DNA of 64,000 nt. Source: Octopus sinensis. Its lineage: Eukaryota. Position numbers and translations under genes: made by a program. The stretch lies in the NCBI RefSeq assembly GCF_006345805.1, contig NC_042997.1, positions 174,220,001 through 174,284,000 of the forward strand, given 5' to 3'. Below are positions 24,818-38,121 of the stretch, piece after piece. Below the pieces are notes generated by a model that worked only from the letters and a program-made list of their open reading frames with translations, was not told the DNA's origin and did not search any database. Positions within the stretch are counted from its first letter, which is position 1, and every line of letters begins with the position of its first letter.

Positions 24818-25180
24818 TTTTACTTGTTTCAGTCATTTGACTGCGGCCATGCTGGAGCACCGCCTTTGGTACTTATTCTATCGTTCTCTCTTGCCGAATC
24901 GCTAATTTACGGGACGTAAGCACACCAGTATCGGTTATCAAGCGATGTTGGGGGACAAACATAGACACACAAACACACATACACACACATACACACATAC
25001 ATACATACACATATATACGACGGGCTTCTTTCAATTTCCTTCTACCAAATCCACTCACAAGGCTTTGGTCGGCCCGAGGCTCCAGTAGAAGACATTTGCC
25101 CAAAGTTCCACGCAATGGAACTGAACTCTGAACCATGTGGCTGGTAAGCAAGCTACTTACCACACAGTCAAACGTGCGCC
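24818..25180 (-). mobile_element. Nearly full-length SINE family A
   Basis: tRNA-like head at 25180, central TTGGGCAAATG box, internal (GT)/(TA) microsatellite, tail GGCGGTGCTCCAGCATGGCCGCAGTCAAATGACTGAAACAAGTAAAA. Confidence 0.95.
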
Positions 25181-25201
25181 TATATATATATATATATATG
25201 T

Positions 25202-25257
<56 letters not shown>

Positions 25258-26470
25258 GGGAGTATAACTCCAAACTTACACGGAATAATTCAATTTAGTA
25301 TTAAATCAAATTTCACAATATAAATATAAAATATAAATTAGAGATAAAATTTAATTGTAATTCGAATTTAATTGTAGCGATGAAACGTACGTATTTCTTT
25401 TTACTTATTATATATATATTCATTATTCATTTTTATACTTTTTGAGATCTAGCTATATGTTTTATAAAAATAGATTTTATTTGTTAATTATGTTTTGCTT
25501 TATGTCTATCACTGTTTGAGTTGCATGATAGTGGTTTTATCTCTAATTTATATTATATATATATATATATACACATATATATATATGCATGTATATGTAT
25601 GTATATATATATATCGATCACTCTCTGTCTCACATTCGAGCTTTTACTCTCCATTTCTAGCTCTGTCCCATCACGACTCTTTCTTTCTCTGTTTCTCTGT
25701 TTGCATATGTTTCTCCGTTCCCCTTTTACCATGCCAACAGTCTATTTCGTGCTCATCTTCCATCTGCTCTTCTACTTTCCCTAACTCTTTCTATAATAAT
25801 AATAATAACGCTTATATATATATATCCAATCCAACCTCTTACGGAACTAAAATTCAACATTGTAACGTGTAACGTGTAACGTGTAACGTGTAAATCCGAT
25901 TGTTTTTACTTCGGCTTTAAGAGTGAACCTTTTATCTGTAGTGATTTCTTCTCGAATCCTCTTGCAATCCCCAACGGAGCAAAAATAAATAAATTAAATA
26001 GGAATAAGATGAATTAAAGTAAATATATTGATTGAGATATTAAATTCCAATGAAACTTGTCGGCTTATCTCAGATGAAAGATAAAGTGACTCGCAATTGA
26101 TTTCTTTTGTATTTCTTTTCATGTCTTTTTATTATTTCTTTCTTATATTTATTTTGTTTTCATTTCTGGTCTATGTATATGTTCCTTTTTTTTTTCTCTT
26201 ATTTCTTTTCCGTTCTGTTTCCTTTCGTTTCTTACATTTTTTTTTTGGTTTGCTTTTTTTTTGTGACTTTTTCCTATTTTTTTTTTTATATTTATATATT
26301 ATTCTTATGATTATTAGATTTTTTTTTTGTTTTTGGTTTTTGTTTTATCTTTAATCTCTGGAGACGGAAGCAAAACAAATTGTTCTTTTAAATGAAACTT
26401 GACATGCATATATTTAATCATTGATGGCGAGAATAGAGTAGACTTTAGAAAGATAGAGAGATAGAGAGAC

Positions 26471-26532
<62 letters not shown>

Positions 26533-26698
26533 TATATAATATATATATATATATATGTATATACATATATACTTACATATATGTGTGTATGTGTGTACAT
26601 ATATGCATATGCGCGAAAAACAGAGCTAGAGAGATCATCTAGAGAGAATGATATTTAAATATTAAATGATACAGAACAGGATACACACACATACACAC

Positions 26699-26729
<31 letters not shown>

Positions 26730-27182
26730 TACATACACACTCACGCATTAATATATATACGGTGAGAAAGCTTCTGAGAGAGAGAGTAAGAACGAAATAG
26801 CGTAAGGTTAAGAGAACGAGACAGTTGGATAGAGAAAGGGATTTATCTGTTGATCATCATTATTATTATTTTTTAAATCTGTATTTTTTGTTTTTCTATC
26901 ATCAGTAACAAACAGTATTGGTCATGTCGTATTTACGAAGATACGACTGGAGAAGCCAACAGAACGAATACAACTCCCCTAATGGTATTATAAGCTGTCG
27001 ATGCGAATAAACAATTATATAGAAATTATTAATCATATAGAGTGTATTAAAAGATGCTGTGTGTTTTTCGTGAGTGATATTAGCCTCCTCTTCCCACTTC
27101 GTGTTTCTCTGCCTTCTCTCCCGTTCGCTCTTGCTCTCTCCCCCTTTTTCTGTACATTTATGTGCAAACGTATCTATCTGTC

Positions 27183-27245
<63 letters not shown>

Positions 27246-27416
27246 GTCTATATGTGCGTGTGTCTGTCTGTCTCTCTGTGTCTATCTATCTTTTTGTCTG
27301 TCTGTCTGTCTATTTGTCTGTCTGTGTGGCTGTCTATCTATCTATCTAGCTAGCTAGTTAGCTATCTGTCTGTCTATCTGTCTGTCTGCCTGTCAGTTTG
27401 TCTGTCTGCCTGCCTG

Positions 27417-27452
<36 letters not shown>

Positions 27453-28762
27453 CGTCCTCCCCTTTACACTTCATATTGACATTTCTGTGATAACGATCCC
27501 TATTGATCAATTTTTTTCCTTTCCCTTTCCCCCTCCCTTTTTTAAAATTTTATTCCCCCCTTTTTTGTCCTCTTTCTTTCCCTTTACGATCCCTTTTGAT
27601 CGAAAACCAAACCCCCTAATTTTACCCCCAAAAGAAAAGCTCTACCTTGTAATTTGTCCTGTCTGTGTGCAGCCCTGTGTGGCTAATAAAGAAACATATC
27701 TATCTACATGTCTGCCTATCTCAGTTTCTCTCCCTTCTTGTGCGTGTGTGTATGTGTGCGTATTTGTGTGTGCGTGTGTGTGTGTTTGTATGTGTGTCTG
27801 TATGTATGTATGTACGTATGTATGTATGTGTGTGTTTGTGTGTGTGTGTAGTTTATTTAAGCTGGGCCAGTGACTTGTTACTCTGGAGTTTCCTCAGTAT
27901 ACAGCTGCTCTATCAGAGAAATCAGGCATGCACACAAATATGTACGCATGTGCGTGTGTGCGTGTGCTTGTATGTATGTATGTGTGTATGTATGTATGTA
28001 TGTATATAAGCATGTTTATCACTGAGTCCCCACAGAAAAAAAAAAGCAAGCGAGTTTGTGTGCAAAAAAGTATGTAGTTACATCATTTTAAGCACGTTTC
28101 AGTAACCAGAAATGATTGTTAATTATCCAATGTAAATCATATAATCTAGTTGCATTGTCAAGTCGTCAGAGATATGTAACTGTCATTCGTAATTTTAAGT
28201 ATACATAGTGAATTAGTGACAGTGTTGCTATCACAAACAGTGTTGCTGCGAGCCAATGCTTTCCATCCCCGTCGCTAATACCAACACATATCCTGGCTCT
28301 ATCATGACGACTTATGAGAACGCTATAATATTAAACACCGTCTCCATTTTTCTCCATATACTTACAGCGTTTCACTTCATCGTAAAAGTAATTGGGGGTG
28401 GTGATTAACAGAATCGTTTTGGTGTTGCATAAAATGTCTTACAGCTCTTTACATTCTGAGTTCAAATTCCGTCGTGGGGATATTCGACTTTCCTCGATGA
28501 AACAAATTATCAGTCAAGCACAGGGATTTATGTAACTCTTACCCTAATATCTGATGATTAGCATTACCAGCATCATCAGTATCTTCACAGCTACATGTAT
28601 CACCATCTACAATCTAAGCGGACATAAGTGCTGTACACCATAGGAGTTACCGCTTATCTTGGTTGCCTATAGAAGTAGAGATAGGTATTTAGAGATATGG
28701 GCAAATAGGTAGTTAAGTGGATCGATCGAGCGATAGATAGATAGACAGACAGACAGGCAGAC

Positions 28763-28816
<54 letters not shown>

Positions 28817-29005
28817 AAAAAAAATTCTATAATTATGAGCATAATTATAATTAGGGTTCAGCAAAATTTGCTTCACCACATACCGAAATTTAGAAATAGG
28901 AGTTAAATACTATTCCAGTACCATAAAATTTCTCTCTGATAGTAATACTCTACAACTCACGCAGGTAAAGAGAAAAAAAATAACGACTCCACCCGGCTTT
29001 GATTA

Positions 29006-29089
29006 ACTGTATACGCGTTTCGGGTTTAAAGAGATGTAAAAAGATGTAGAATCATATTTCTACTCACTTGTTCCCTTCATCAGTATAGT
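29006..29089 (-). ncRNA. Minimal type-I hammerhead ribozyme-like motif (PLE type)
   Basis: Minus strand: ACTATA-CTGATGA-A-GGG...(~50 nt)...CCC-GAAA-CGC-GTA-TACAGT. Palindromic ACGCGT stem III, GUA triplet ending at 29012, one mismatch in stem I. Confidence 0.65.
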
Positions 29090-29297
29090 ATTTCAAATTT
29101 TAAATTTGAGAGCACTGATAATTAACATACGTACTCGACCAAGCGCTATCGAATAGCTTATATCCCAAAACCAGTACTTCCGAAATCAAACAGACGAATG
29201 TGATCTCGCATTCCTCCTCAATCACCCACATGTGCTACGAGTAATTTAACAGAAACTGTAGTTTACTATCAGGGAGTGAATGATCATTATATTATAT

Positions 29298-29331
<34 letters not shown>

Positions 29332-29430
29332 TGTATGTATGTATGTATGTATGTATGTATGTATGTATGTATGTATGAATGTATGTATGTATAGATAGAT
29401 ATATAGATAGGTAGATAGATAGATAGATAG

Positions 29431-29496
<66 letters not shown>

Positions 29497-30167
29497 GTAG
29501 ATAGATAGGTAGATAGATTGTTCAATAGAATAAATAAGTAAAAAAATAGACAGATGGTACGGACGTACTGATGGATGTAGTAGTATGCTGATAGAAAGAT
29601 GTCCATCATACAACTCGGTCACCCGTATTTTGACCAATAGACACCTGACCTTTTGGGAAACTATTCTGTAATGATAGACAGAGAGATTGATAGATAGAAT
29701 TATGGACAACCTTCAAACTAGTAGTTGAACAATGATTTAGACTGATAGATTAGTTCGGTAAGATTGATTGCATTTATGTTTGTATGTATATACTAGTTGT
29801 GTGTTTGAATTCATGTATGTATGTGTATGTGTATTTGTATGAAAATGAATAGTTGCATATGTATATATATGCATGTTAGATTGTAGTTTTATTTATTTGC
29901 TAGAATGCGTGTATGAATGCGTATATGTATGCACGTGTCTGAGTTATATATACATTTGTATGCATGCTTTTTATATTTGCCGAAATGTTATCGACCATCT
30001 GGTTTCGGGCTCAGTTCCACTGCGTGACACTTGGAAGAAGAACCTTCTACTATAGCCAATGTCCTCGGACTATTTACTCTTTGGTGACCGTAACGGATTC
30101 CTGATTCCCAGAAGGAAGGAAGGTGTGTAGCGTGTGATCATCGCATTGAACAAGACAGAGAAGGTTG

Positions 30168-30227
30168 AGCAGAGAATCTGTATCAGATTCACTCCTATAG
30201 GAGTGAATCTAATACAGATTCTCTGCT
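30168..30227. other. 60-bp loopless palindrome with one mismatch
   Basis: AGCAGAGAATCTGTATCAGATTCACTCCTA|TAGGAGTGAATCTAATACAGATTCTCTGCT. Confidence 0.97.
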
Positions 30228-30587
30228 ATTTTATTGCAAGACAACGCTAGACCACACATTGAAAAAAATGACATTGGCGAAACTACAGGATTTCGAGTTG
30301 GAAGTTCTCCATCATCCACCATACTCACCTGATCTTGCCCCCACTGACTAGAATTTGGATAACTTTATGATAGGAAAAAAATTTAATTCCGATGACGCTG
30401 TAAAACAGGCCTTCCAAGATTTTATTGACACTAGACATTGACAGTTCCGGGCTGGATAAGCTACCGCTGAAATGGCAAAAGTGTATTGACAATATGGGTG
30501 CATACATTGATGAATAAAACTATTTCTTGTATTTATAAAACATTAGCAAACTTTTTCTTTTCTACACATTTCATACTTGACGACTTA

Positions 30588-30590
<3 letters not shown>
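30228..30590 (+). pseudogene. mariner (DD34D) transposase C-terminal remnant
   Basis: LLQDNARPH...LEVLHHPPYSPDLAPTD*...KKFNSDDAVKQAFQDFID...LDKLPLKWQKCIDNMGAYIDE*. Confidence 0.9.
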
Positions 30591-30628
<38 letters not shown>

Positions 30629-30693
30629 ACACACACACACAAACATACATATAAATGTTCATATATGAGTGTATTATATTATACTACATTGTT

Positions 30694-30967
30694 CCTTCTC
30701 GAGCCATCCCTGGCTCATAAGGGCCAGTTTACTGGTTTCTTGGCGTATAGGTTACCACCTGGACGGGACGAGCTGCAAGACGCAGGAGGAAAGAGTGAGA
30801 GTAAGTTGTGGCGAAAGAGTCAGCAGAAGTTCGCCATTACCTTCTGCCGGAGCTGCATGGAGCTTAGGCGTTTCATTCATAAACACACACATCGCCTGGT
30901 CTGAGATTCGAACCTGCGATCCTTCGACCTCGAGTCCGCTTCTCTAACCACTAGGCCATGTGCCACC
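30694..30967 (-). mobile_element. tRNA-derived SINE family C
   Basis: Reverse complement head TGGCCTAGTGGTTAGAG...GGTTCGAATC (A/B boxes). Homologous to 32255-32445 and 47118-47408. Confidence 0.85.
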
Positions 30968-31618
30968 ACGTAATATTATATTACATAGCATTACATTATA
31001 TTATATTATTTTAATCTCTGAATTACTTTGTCTCTAAGTCACAAATATATTCGTAAATACACGTTCATTTTATCTTTTGCCGCCCGTTTTTGAAACTTTA
31101 TATATACTCCTTCTCTCTCTCCCTCTTTCTTCCTCTCTCTCTCTCCCCCTATCTCTCTCTGTATCAGGCCTGTATCATTATTCAATAAATCTGTCGCTTT
31201 TTCCGATGGAAGGGTGCGATATGAGTGAAATGTGGCTACCATGTCTCAAAAGTTGAGTGAAAGCATAAAGGAGCCCTCATTAGCTTGCATTACTGAGGCT
31301 TTGAATGACGTTGTTTTCGTTGTTTTACTGGGGATTTTTTTAAGCTACAGGTCATGAATAACCGAGCAGTCCTGTGATTAAAGGCATTCCAGCCGTAAAG
31401 AAATGCCTTTTGGGGGAGGTGGGTATCGAGAAGAATAGATATTTCACACTCAGGACTGCATTATCGAATGCGTCTATTTTTAAATCGTCCGGGAGCAATT
31501 TCAGGAATATTTGGTCACGTAGTTCTTCGTTAGCTCGCTAAATGATAGATTCAGTTCAAATAATATCAGTATCAGTAAATGCGTATGCGGATATATTGGA
31601 AGACACAAACGAAACATA

Positions 31619-31619
<1 letters not shown>

Positions 31620-31651
<32 letters not shown>

Positions 31652-31970
31652 CTTCTTCTTCTTCTTCTTCTTCTTCTTCTTCTTCTTGTTCTTTTTTCTT
31701 CTTCTTCTTCTTCTTCTTCTTCTTCTTCTTCTTCTTCTTCTTCTTCTTCTTCAGCTTCTTCTTCTTCTTCTTCTTCAGCTTCTTCTTCTTCTTCTTCTTC
31801 ATCTTCTTCTTCTTTCTCTACTACTCTTCTTCTTCTTCTTCTTCTTATTCTTCTTCTTCTTCTTCTTCTTCTCCTCCTCCTCCTCTCTTCCTCCTCTCCT
31901 CTCTCTTATTACTACTACTTCTTTCTTCTTCTTCTTCTTCTTCCTCTATTCTTCTTCTTCTTCTACCACC
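31620..31970. repeat. (CTT)n trinucleotide tract, ~350 bp
   Basis: Long TTC/CTT run with few interruptions. Accounts for the poly-F/L/S/K/E ORFs. Confidence 0.98.
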
Positions 31971-32254
31971 ACGACTCACGCCATTACCCACAAAGAATAA
32001 TCTCTAATTCGAGCCTACTCTAAGCTACTAAGAATGCGTGTGACAACTTGAAGATCCACCCACCACACGCGATATACTGGTGGTTGCACGGGCGCGAAAG
32101 CTACGTTGTTATCCTCATTCCGTAAACGGTGGCTTTTAACGGGCGGAGAGCTGAACCATCCTGGGTTACAGAGAATTCGCAATCTAGACTAGGGTCTGAA
32201 AGTTTACCACACCATAATGGGTTACACCATGGTTCCTCTGTTTTGTGACAGAAG

Positions 32255-32445
32255 TAGGAAGAAAGAGTGAGAGAAAGTTGTGGTGAAAGAGTACAGCGAG
32301 GTTCACCTCTCTCCACCCAACCGGTGCTCGTGGAGCTTAGGTGATTTTTGCTCAGTAAACGCTCACAATGCCTGGTCTGGGAATCGAAACCTCGTTCTTA
32401 CGATCGAGAATCCGCTGCCCTAACCACTGGGCCATTGCGCCTCCG
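32255..32445 (-). mobile_element. SINE family C, 5' part
   Basis: Reverse complement CGGAGGCGCAATGGCCCAGTGGTTAGGGCAGCGG...GGTTTCGATTCCCAGACC. Confidence 0.85.
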
Positions 32446-33597
32446 GCTGCTGTTGTCGTGACCCAATCCAAACATTCTGAAGCAAATTTATGATTAAATG
32501 CATTTTCCCCGAGAGCATTGCATCTTTGATATAGTCTAACATTGTCTAATTAGGACATCATCTAAAGTTTCCTTCACTATCTATGTCAGTAGGGTGGGAT
32601 TTGGGTTTGATTTGGTTGCTATTTCTTGCGAGTCAAATATGCCAGTCATGAAGGTCTTATCTTTTGTTTTAAAGATTTTGTACTTAGAAGTAGATCATGT
32701 ACCGTACATTTTCTACTTTAAGACATTACGCCGTAATTAAGGAAAATTTTATTGCTATTTCTAGTTCATCATGCAACCATGTAGAAGTTCAATCGTGGGA
32801 TCGTTTATTACTGTTGTTTAGCAACAGAGATCGGACCTTATCAGGCAGAAGTATGATCAAAGATATTGCAGTGGTAATAATCACATATTTTTCTCTTTAT
32901 TTTTTTTTCTGAGGCAGTATCTTAAACTACATTAGGATTACATTAGCCAACGTGTTCCTCCCTTTATAAGATATTAAGGTTTGTTTTGAAGGGTTTTGGG
33001 GCTGGTATTTCTCGTTGGTCGAGCGATCATATACATGCTTCATCACTGGATCAAGTGTTATCGTTCTGTTTGCATCCCTCCTGCTTCCGCAATAAACTTT
33101 ATTTGATGTTCTTTTTTTTTTATTGTATTCATTTATTCGGTAGGGAGGACGGAAGTGACGCAGGATCCATATCCGTAACACGCCCTTTTATGCAGGGTGT
33201 GAGACGGGGAGAATTAGACACGGGCTATTTACGCTCGTTTCAAAAGCGGTGTGAACAGATACAAATTATTGAACTTGTCGGAAAATCTCGACAGCCATCT
33301 TTTCAGCATCTCTATCATCCTTACACAGATATTTATAGTCGCATACACACGCACACGACAGAGGCAAATGCGTGCTCGCGCGGGCACACATGCACGCGCG
33401 CGCGCATACGCACATACACGCACGCACACACGCACACACACAAACACGTGCATACACATGTGGGAGTGCGTATAATGATTTCGTATGAATTTTTAGTCAA
33501 TGGCGAATAGAAATTAGCAAATCTACATAACTATATACATAAATAATGCATATATATGTACGTATGAATGTGGGTGTTGTATATATATATATATATA

Positions 33598-33629
<32 letters not shown>

Positions 33630-34852
33630 CATACATATATGTATATATGCATATGTGTGCAAATATATATACATATATATATATACACACACACACACCA
33701 TATATTATGTGTGGTGTGTGTATATATATATGTATATATATTTGCACACATAGGCACACATATATATGGACATGTATAAACTTATACACACAAACACACA
33801 CAAACACACATGCACGCACTCACACACACACACATAGATACATATGCAGATAAATGTTCATAGATATGTACATGTATATGTATATTAATAAACATAAAAG
33901 TATGTATGTATGTATACATGTATGTATGTATACACACATGTATAAATACAAAAGCATTCAAAATTATACACTTATGCATGTGCGCGTACACCGGACCTTG
34001 TAATAGTGCTGTATTTTTCTGTGAACATGTATACACACATTCACACATACAACACATACTCACGTACGCTCGCACACACACAAAAAAGCACACATACACA
34101 CTTCCATGTACACATATATACGTGTAGATACAGAACCGATATGCCCCCCCACACACACACACACTCATACATACACAGACACAGCTTCAGACAAGCAAAC
34201 GGTTTTGTTTATTACGATTACCATTTATGTTCATGTTTTGTTTGTTTTTTGTTTGTTTGTTTGTTTATTTATTTATTTATTTATTTATCCATTTATATAT
34301 TTATTTATATTCATCTTCTGGTCTCTCAATTCCATTGCTGGCTCGTGTCAACATGAACATCATCATCAGAGGAGATGAGGCCAGCGATACAAACAGCCGT
34401 ACGACATCTGTCAGCATTATAAGCAGAGAAATCTTGAAGCCTTTTGTCTTGATGTTTTGTTAATGGCACGATTCCCGAGGTTGATGACTATTCAATCACA
34501 GAAGTTACTGTTTCACAAGTCAATTCTTCCGTCGTTTCCATACATTTTTATTGTCGTAATCTGCTTTTAATAGGAGTAAAAATAAAAAAATAGAAAATTA
34601 AAAGCAGCATAAATAAATAATAATGATAATAATAATTGCTTCTTTTTTTACATATTAATGATGTATATATATATATGTGTGTTTGTGTATTATATATATA
34701 TGTATATATACACTTATATATATATTATCATAAGAGATATACATAATATATTATATACATATAATATATATTATATATATATATATACATATATTAGATA
34801 CATATAATAATATATATACATATTATATATATTATATATAACATTATATATA

Positions 34853-34884
<32 letters not shown>

Positions 34885-35001
34885 CTTATTATATATATAT
34901 ATATATATTACATATATACTTATATATATATATATATTACATATATACTTATATATATATATGTGCATATACTTATATATATATGTGTGTATATGTGTAT
35001 G

Positions 35002-35032
<31 letters not shown>

Positions 35033-35431
35033 TTATACATGCGTGTGCATGTATCTTGTGTCTATGTAGTTGTACCAAAAAGTTAAACATAAATATGGAG
35101 TAATATCAAAAGACAGGAGCTTTGCCAACGTAGCCGTCGCTGCCGCTGCCGCCGGCTGGCAGTGTCAATGATAACAGAGCAACATTAGAAGCGGTGGATT
35201 GTGCTCTAGCGGCACAAGCAGACACGACTGGCAGAAGATGGTGTTGTTAGATTAGACGGGGAGTCGGGGAACGTATGTAAATAACATTTCTTTTTCCTTT
35301 CATGTGAAGATGCCCGAGACATCCGGTTTTCCACCATATTCCGCCATATTTTTGTATGTATGAAAGTTCGGGATGTTCATCAATTTCCACGAGAGATGAG
35401 ATAACAATAACAACAACAACAACAACAGTAG

Positions 35432-35485
<54 letters not shown>

Positions 35486-36539
35486 ATATTGTCAATCTAC
35501 TTCATTTTGGTTAATATATAAAGGGTTGAAGTAACTCCTCCAGAAGATATAGAGTCAAAATTAAAAGCGCTCTTCTTTTAATTTTGACTCAATATCTCCA
35601 GTTTAAATGAAATAATTCATTCAAGGGTGATTGTGATTAGAAAGGGAAAGCTTAATTCAGTGCCTAATGAAATTCATAAGATCATGAGAGGGACATACTT
35701 TAGCTATAGAAAAAACAAAAGTAAGTATTCGGCATAAAAAAAGACAACGATTCTTTGAAAGGTACAAAGAGCTCTCTTCAAACCAAAATCCTTTTATCAA
35801 CAACTTAGTAAAAATATAATTGAAACTAAATACAGCACTAACAGCAAGACAAGTAGGATTTAGGGCAAGAATATGAGCAGTGAAGGAATAACTACTGAAC
35901 CGATCACTTTAAACAACCAACACAAATGTTGAATAATTGGGAGATGTCATAATAGCAAAAGCTGTGACCTACACACAGCGAAAACTCAAACAACCGAATG
36001 ACGTGCGAATATAATACGATTTTAAATATCAGGTTATATAAGGCTGTATAATAGAGATGCTTAATGAAATACCGACGCATATTTCCAAATATGGCCAACC
36101 CGTCCACAAAGGGGTAAAAAGCTCCTTTCGGTAAGTAAGATAGAAGTGCCCCATGATCTAACCAACTTCCATACGTATAACCTTCTGCATGTACCGAAAA
36201 CTAGTTTCCCACACTTCTACGGTCGTATTAAGACGGCAGCATGATATTGCTACATGTAGCTTCTGGCAGTTTCTATGTTGAGAAAAAAAAATACGTCTTT
36301 AGGCCATCATCGACCCTGATAGTGGTAGTATTGTGTCCATTTGTTCATTTATATATTTTCTGTTTTATTTGCGAAACTTGAAGAGTAAAATCCGGCCTTT
36401 CACTTGGATTGTCGATATTCTCGTTTTTATCGCTTTACTTGTTACTGTTGATGTTAGGTTTTCCACATATGATTCTTGTAATTTTCTGCATTCGATTCAG
36501 GATGTTTATTCTCTCAAATAGTAATAAGAATTCAAAGTC

Positions 36540-36900
36540 AGAAAATATCTTCAAAGAATATGAGCTGCTCGAAGGAAGGTAAGCTTTTGGAGCATGCCTG
36601 TTTTAATGTCCAAACATTTTAGGTAGTTGTACACTAGTTGTATTTAATTGAACCCTTGTATCACTTTCACTTTTACCAGTTGGACATCCATATATTTCTA
36701 ATATCATTCTATTACATAAGCTACATAAGCATATTTCAAAAAACTTCTACTTCATCGTCTGCAAGTGTTTTGTCGGAAGGAATTGAAACGTCGATTATGA
36801 GGCATTCTCTTCTGTTTATGTCAGATACTTGACTGACGCTCTTCAAGTATTGTCTTGTGTAGCTGTCTAAATCCCAAAGAATTTTTGGCTTACTTGTTCC
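36540..36900 (-). mobile_element. R4/Dong-type RLE domain remnant
   Basis: KPKILWD...DINRRECLIIDVSIPSD (LWD...PD...LIIDVSIP motif) and, after frameshifts, LQKLTFLRAAHIL. Confidence 0.7.
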
Positions 36901-38121
36901 ATTTAGAGCAGTGTAAATTAAGACAAACTTTATTCTGTCGCTTGCATTTTTCCTTGTGAGCATTTAAAGCTATCATATGATCAATATTTTTTTTACTCAT
37001 TATTAAATAGGCGGTATTGATTAATTTCTGTACTCACTGAATTAGTGTTTAAAGCTTGCTTTTGAGCAACTAGCAATAAACTCTCCGCTTCTCTCTTTAA
37101 ATTTCCATTCCGTCCCCTACTCCTTCGATGAGTCGTGATTCTTGACATTTTCTGTAGAACTCTCCATGTAACAACATTTCTTCTAATGCTTCCTTTCTTT
37201 CATAAATTATTTTACTTTTGACATGCTTCCTTTTCTTGAATATCAACACAAATAAGATCTATTTCTGTTATAGTATGTTTAGATTGTACTTCTTCACTCT
37301 GCGTCAAGGAGTAATTTACTGAGCTTTGCTCTCCGCCCACACAAGGCAGTAATGCTAATAATTTCTGTCTGTTTATTCTTCCATTTCATGTTTAAATTGA
37401 ATCACTCCTTGCATATTCAGCGACAACATATTGATGACTGTTGAATATTTATTTTATCTTATTTATATTTAGATATGTAAGATTTGTGTTGTGCCTATGA
37501 CTTCAGCAGCCCAGGCAAACCCAAGGAGATTGATGTCATCTACGATCTTTCTTTAAAACTGTTTCAAGTCAACGACTGCGAGGAAGACATTTGCAAGGAA
37601 TTAATTACAAACGCCAACGTTCTCAGGATAAAGGACTGAGCGTAATGATAAGAGAATGTCTTAAGGGTATATATTGGACACATCATGGTGATGGTAGGAT
37701 GAGAGACTAGAAAAGAGAGAGTGCGTAAGTGGAGGGGTGCCATATCAACCAGTTCCCCAAAGAAGAAACTATTGTTGTAGAGAGAGGTGATAGTATGAAG
37801 AGAAAGGCTAATGTTAGGTATGTAGAAGATAAGTAGTCACCGGGGAAGTCGCCAGTAAAAGTGACGTCACAAAGGTTCTGGTTGCATGCTTCTTATGTTT
37901 AAGTGGCATAAGGCGCGATGTTTTCTTGATATGTTCAGTGATAAAATTTTGTCTTTCTGTTGAAGGCAACATGAATGGCATGACACTATTTGAGAATGTT
38001 CAAGGCACTCGTACAGATTTATCTAGACAGTGTTTGGATGATGCTTCTATGAAACAGGTTAAAGAAGAATGTAGTGGATATCATTTGCGTAAATGTGTTG
38101 ATGCCTGAGGTAACTGTAACT

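Noticed and set aside
34320-34535. Minus-strand reading METTEELTCETVTSVIE*SSTSGIVPLTKHQDKRLQDF...QQWN* as a host exon
   Set aside because: In-frame stop, no recognisable domain and no convincing splice sites. Could be revisited with RNA-seq.
35700-36200. Possible LINE RT relic (RQVGFRA-like word)
   Set aside because: A single short motif among many stops; too weak to call.
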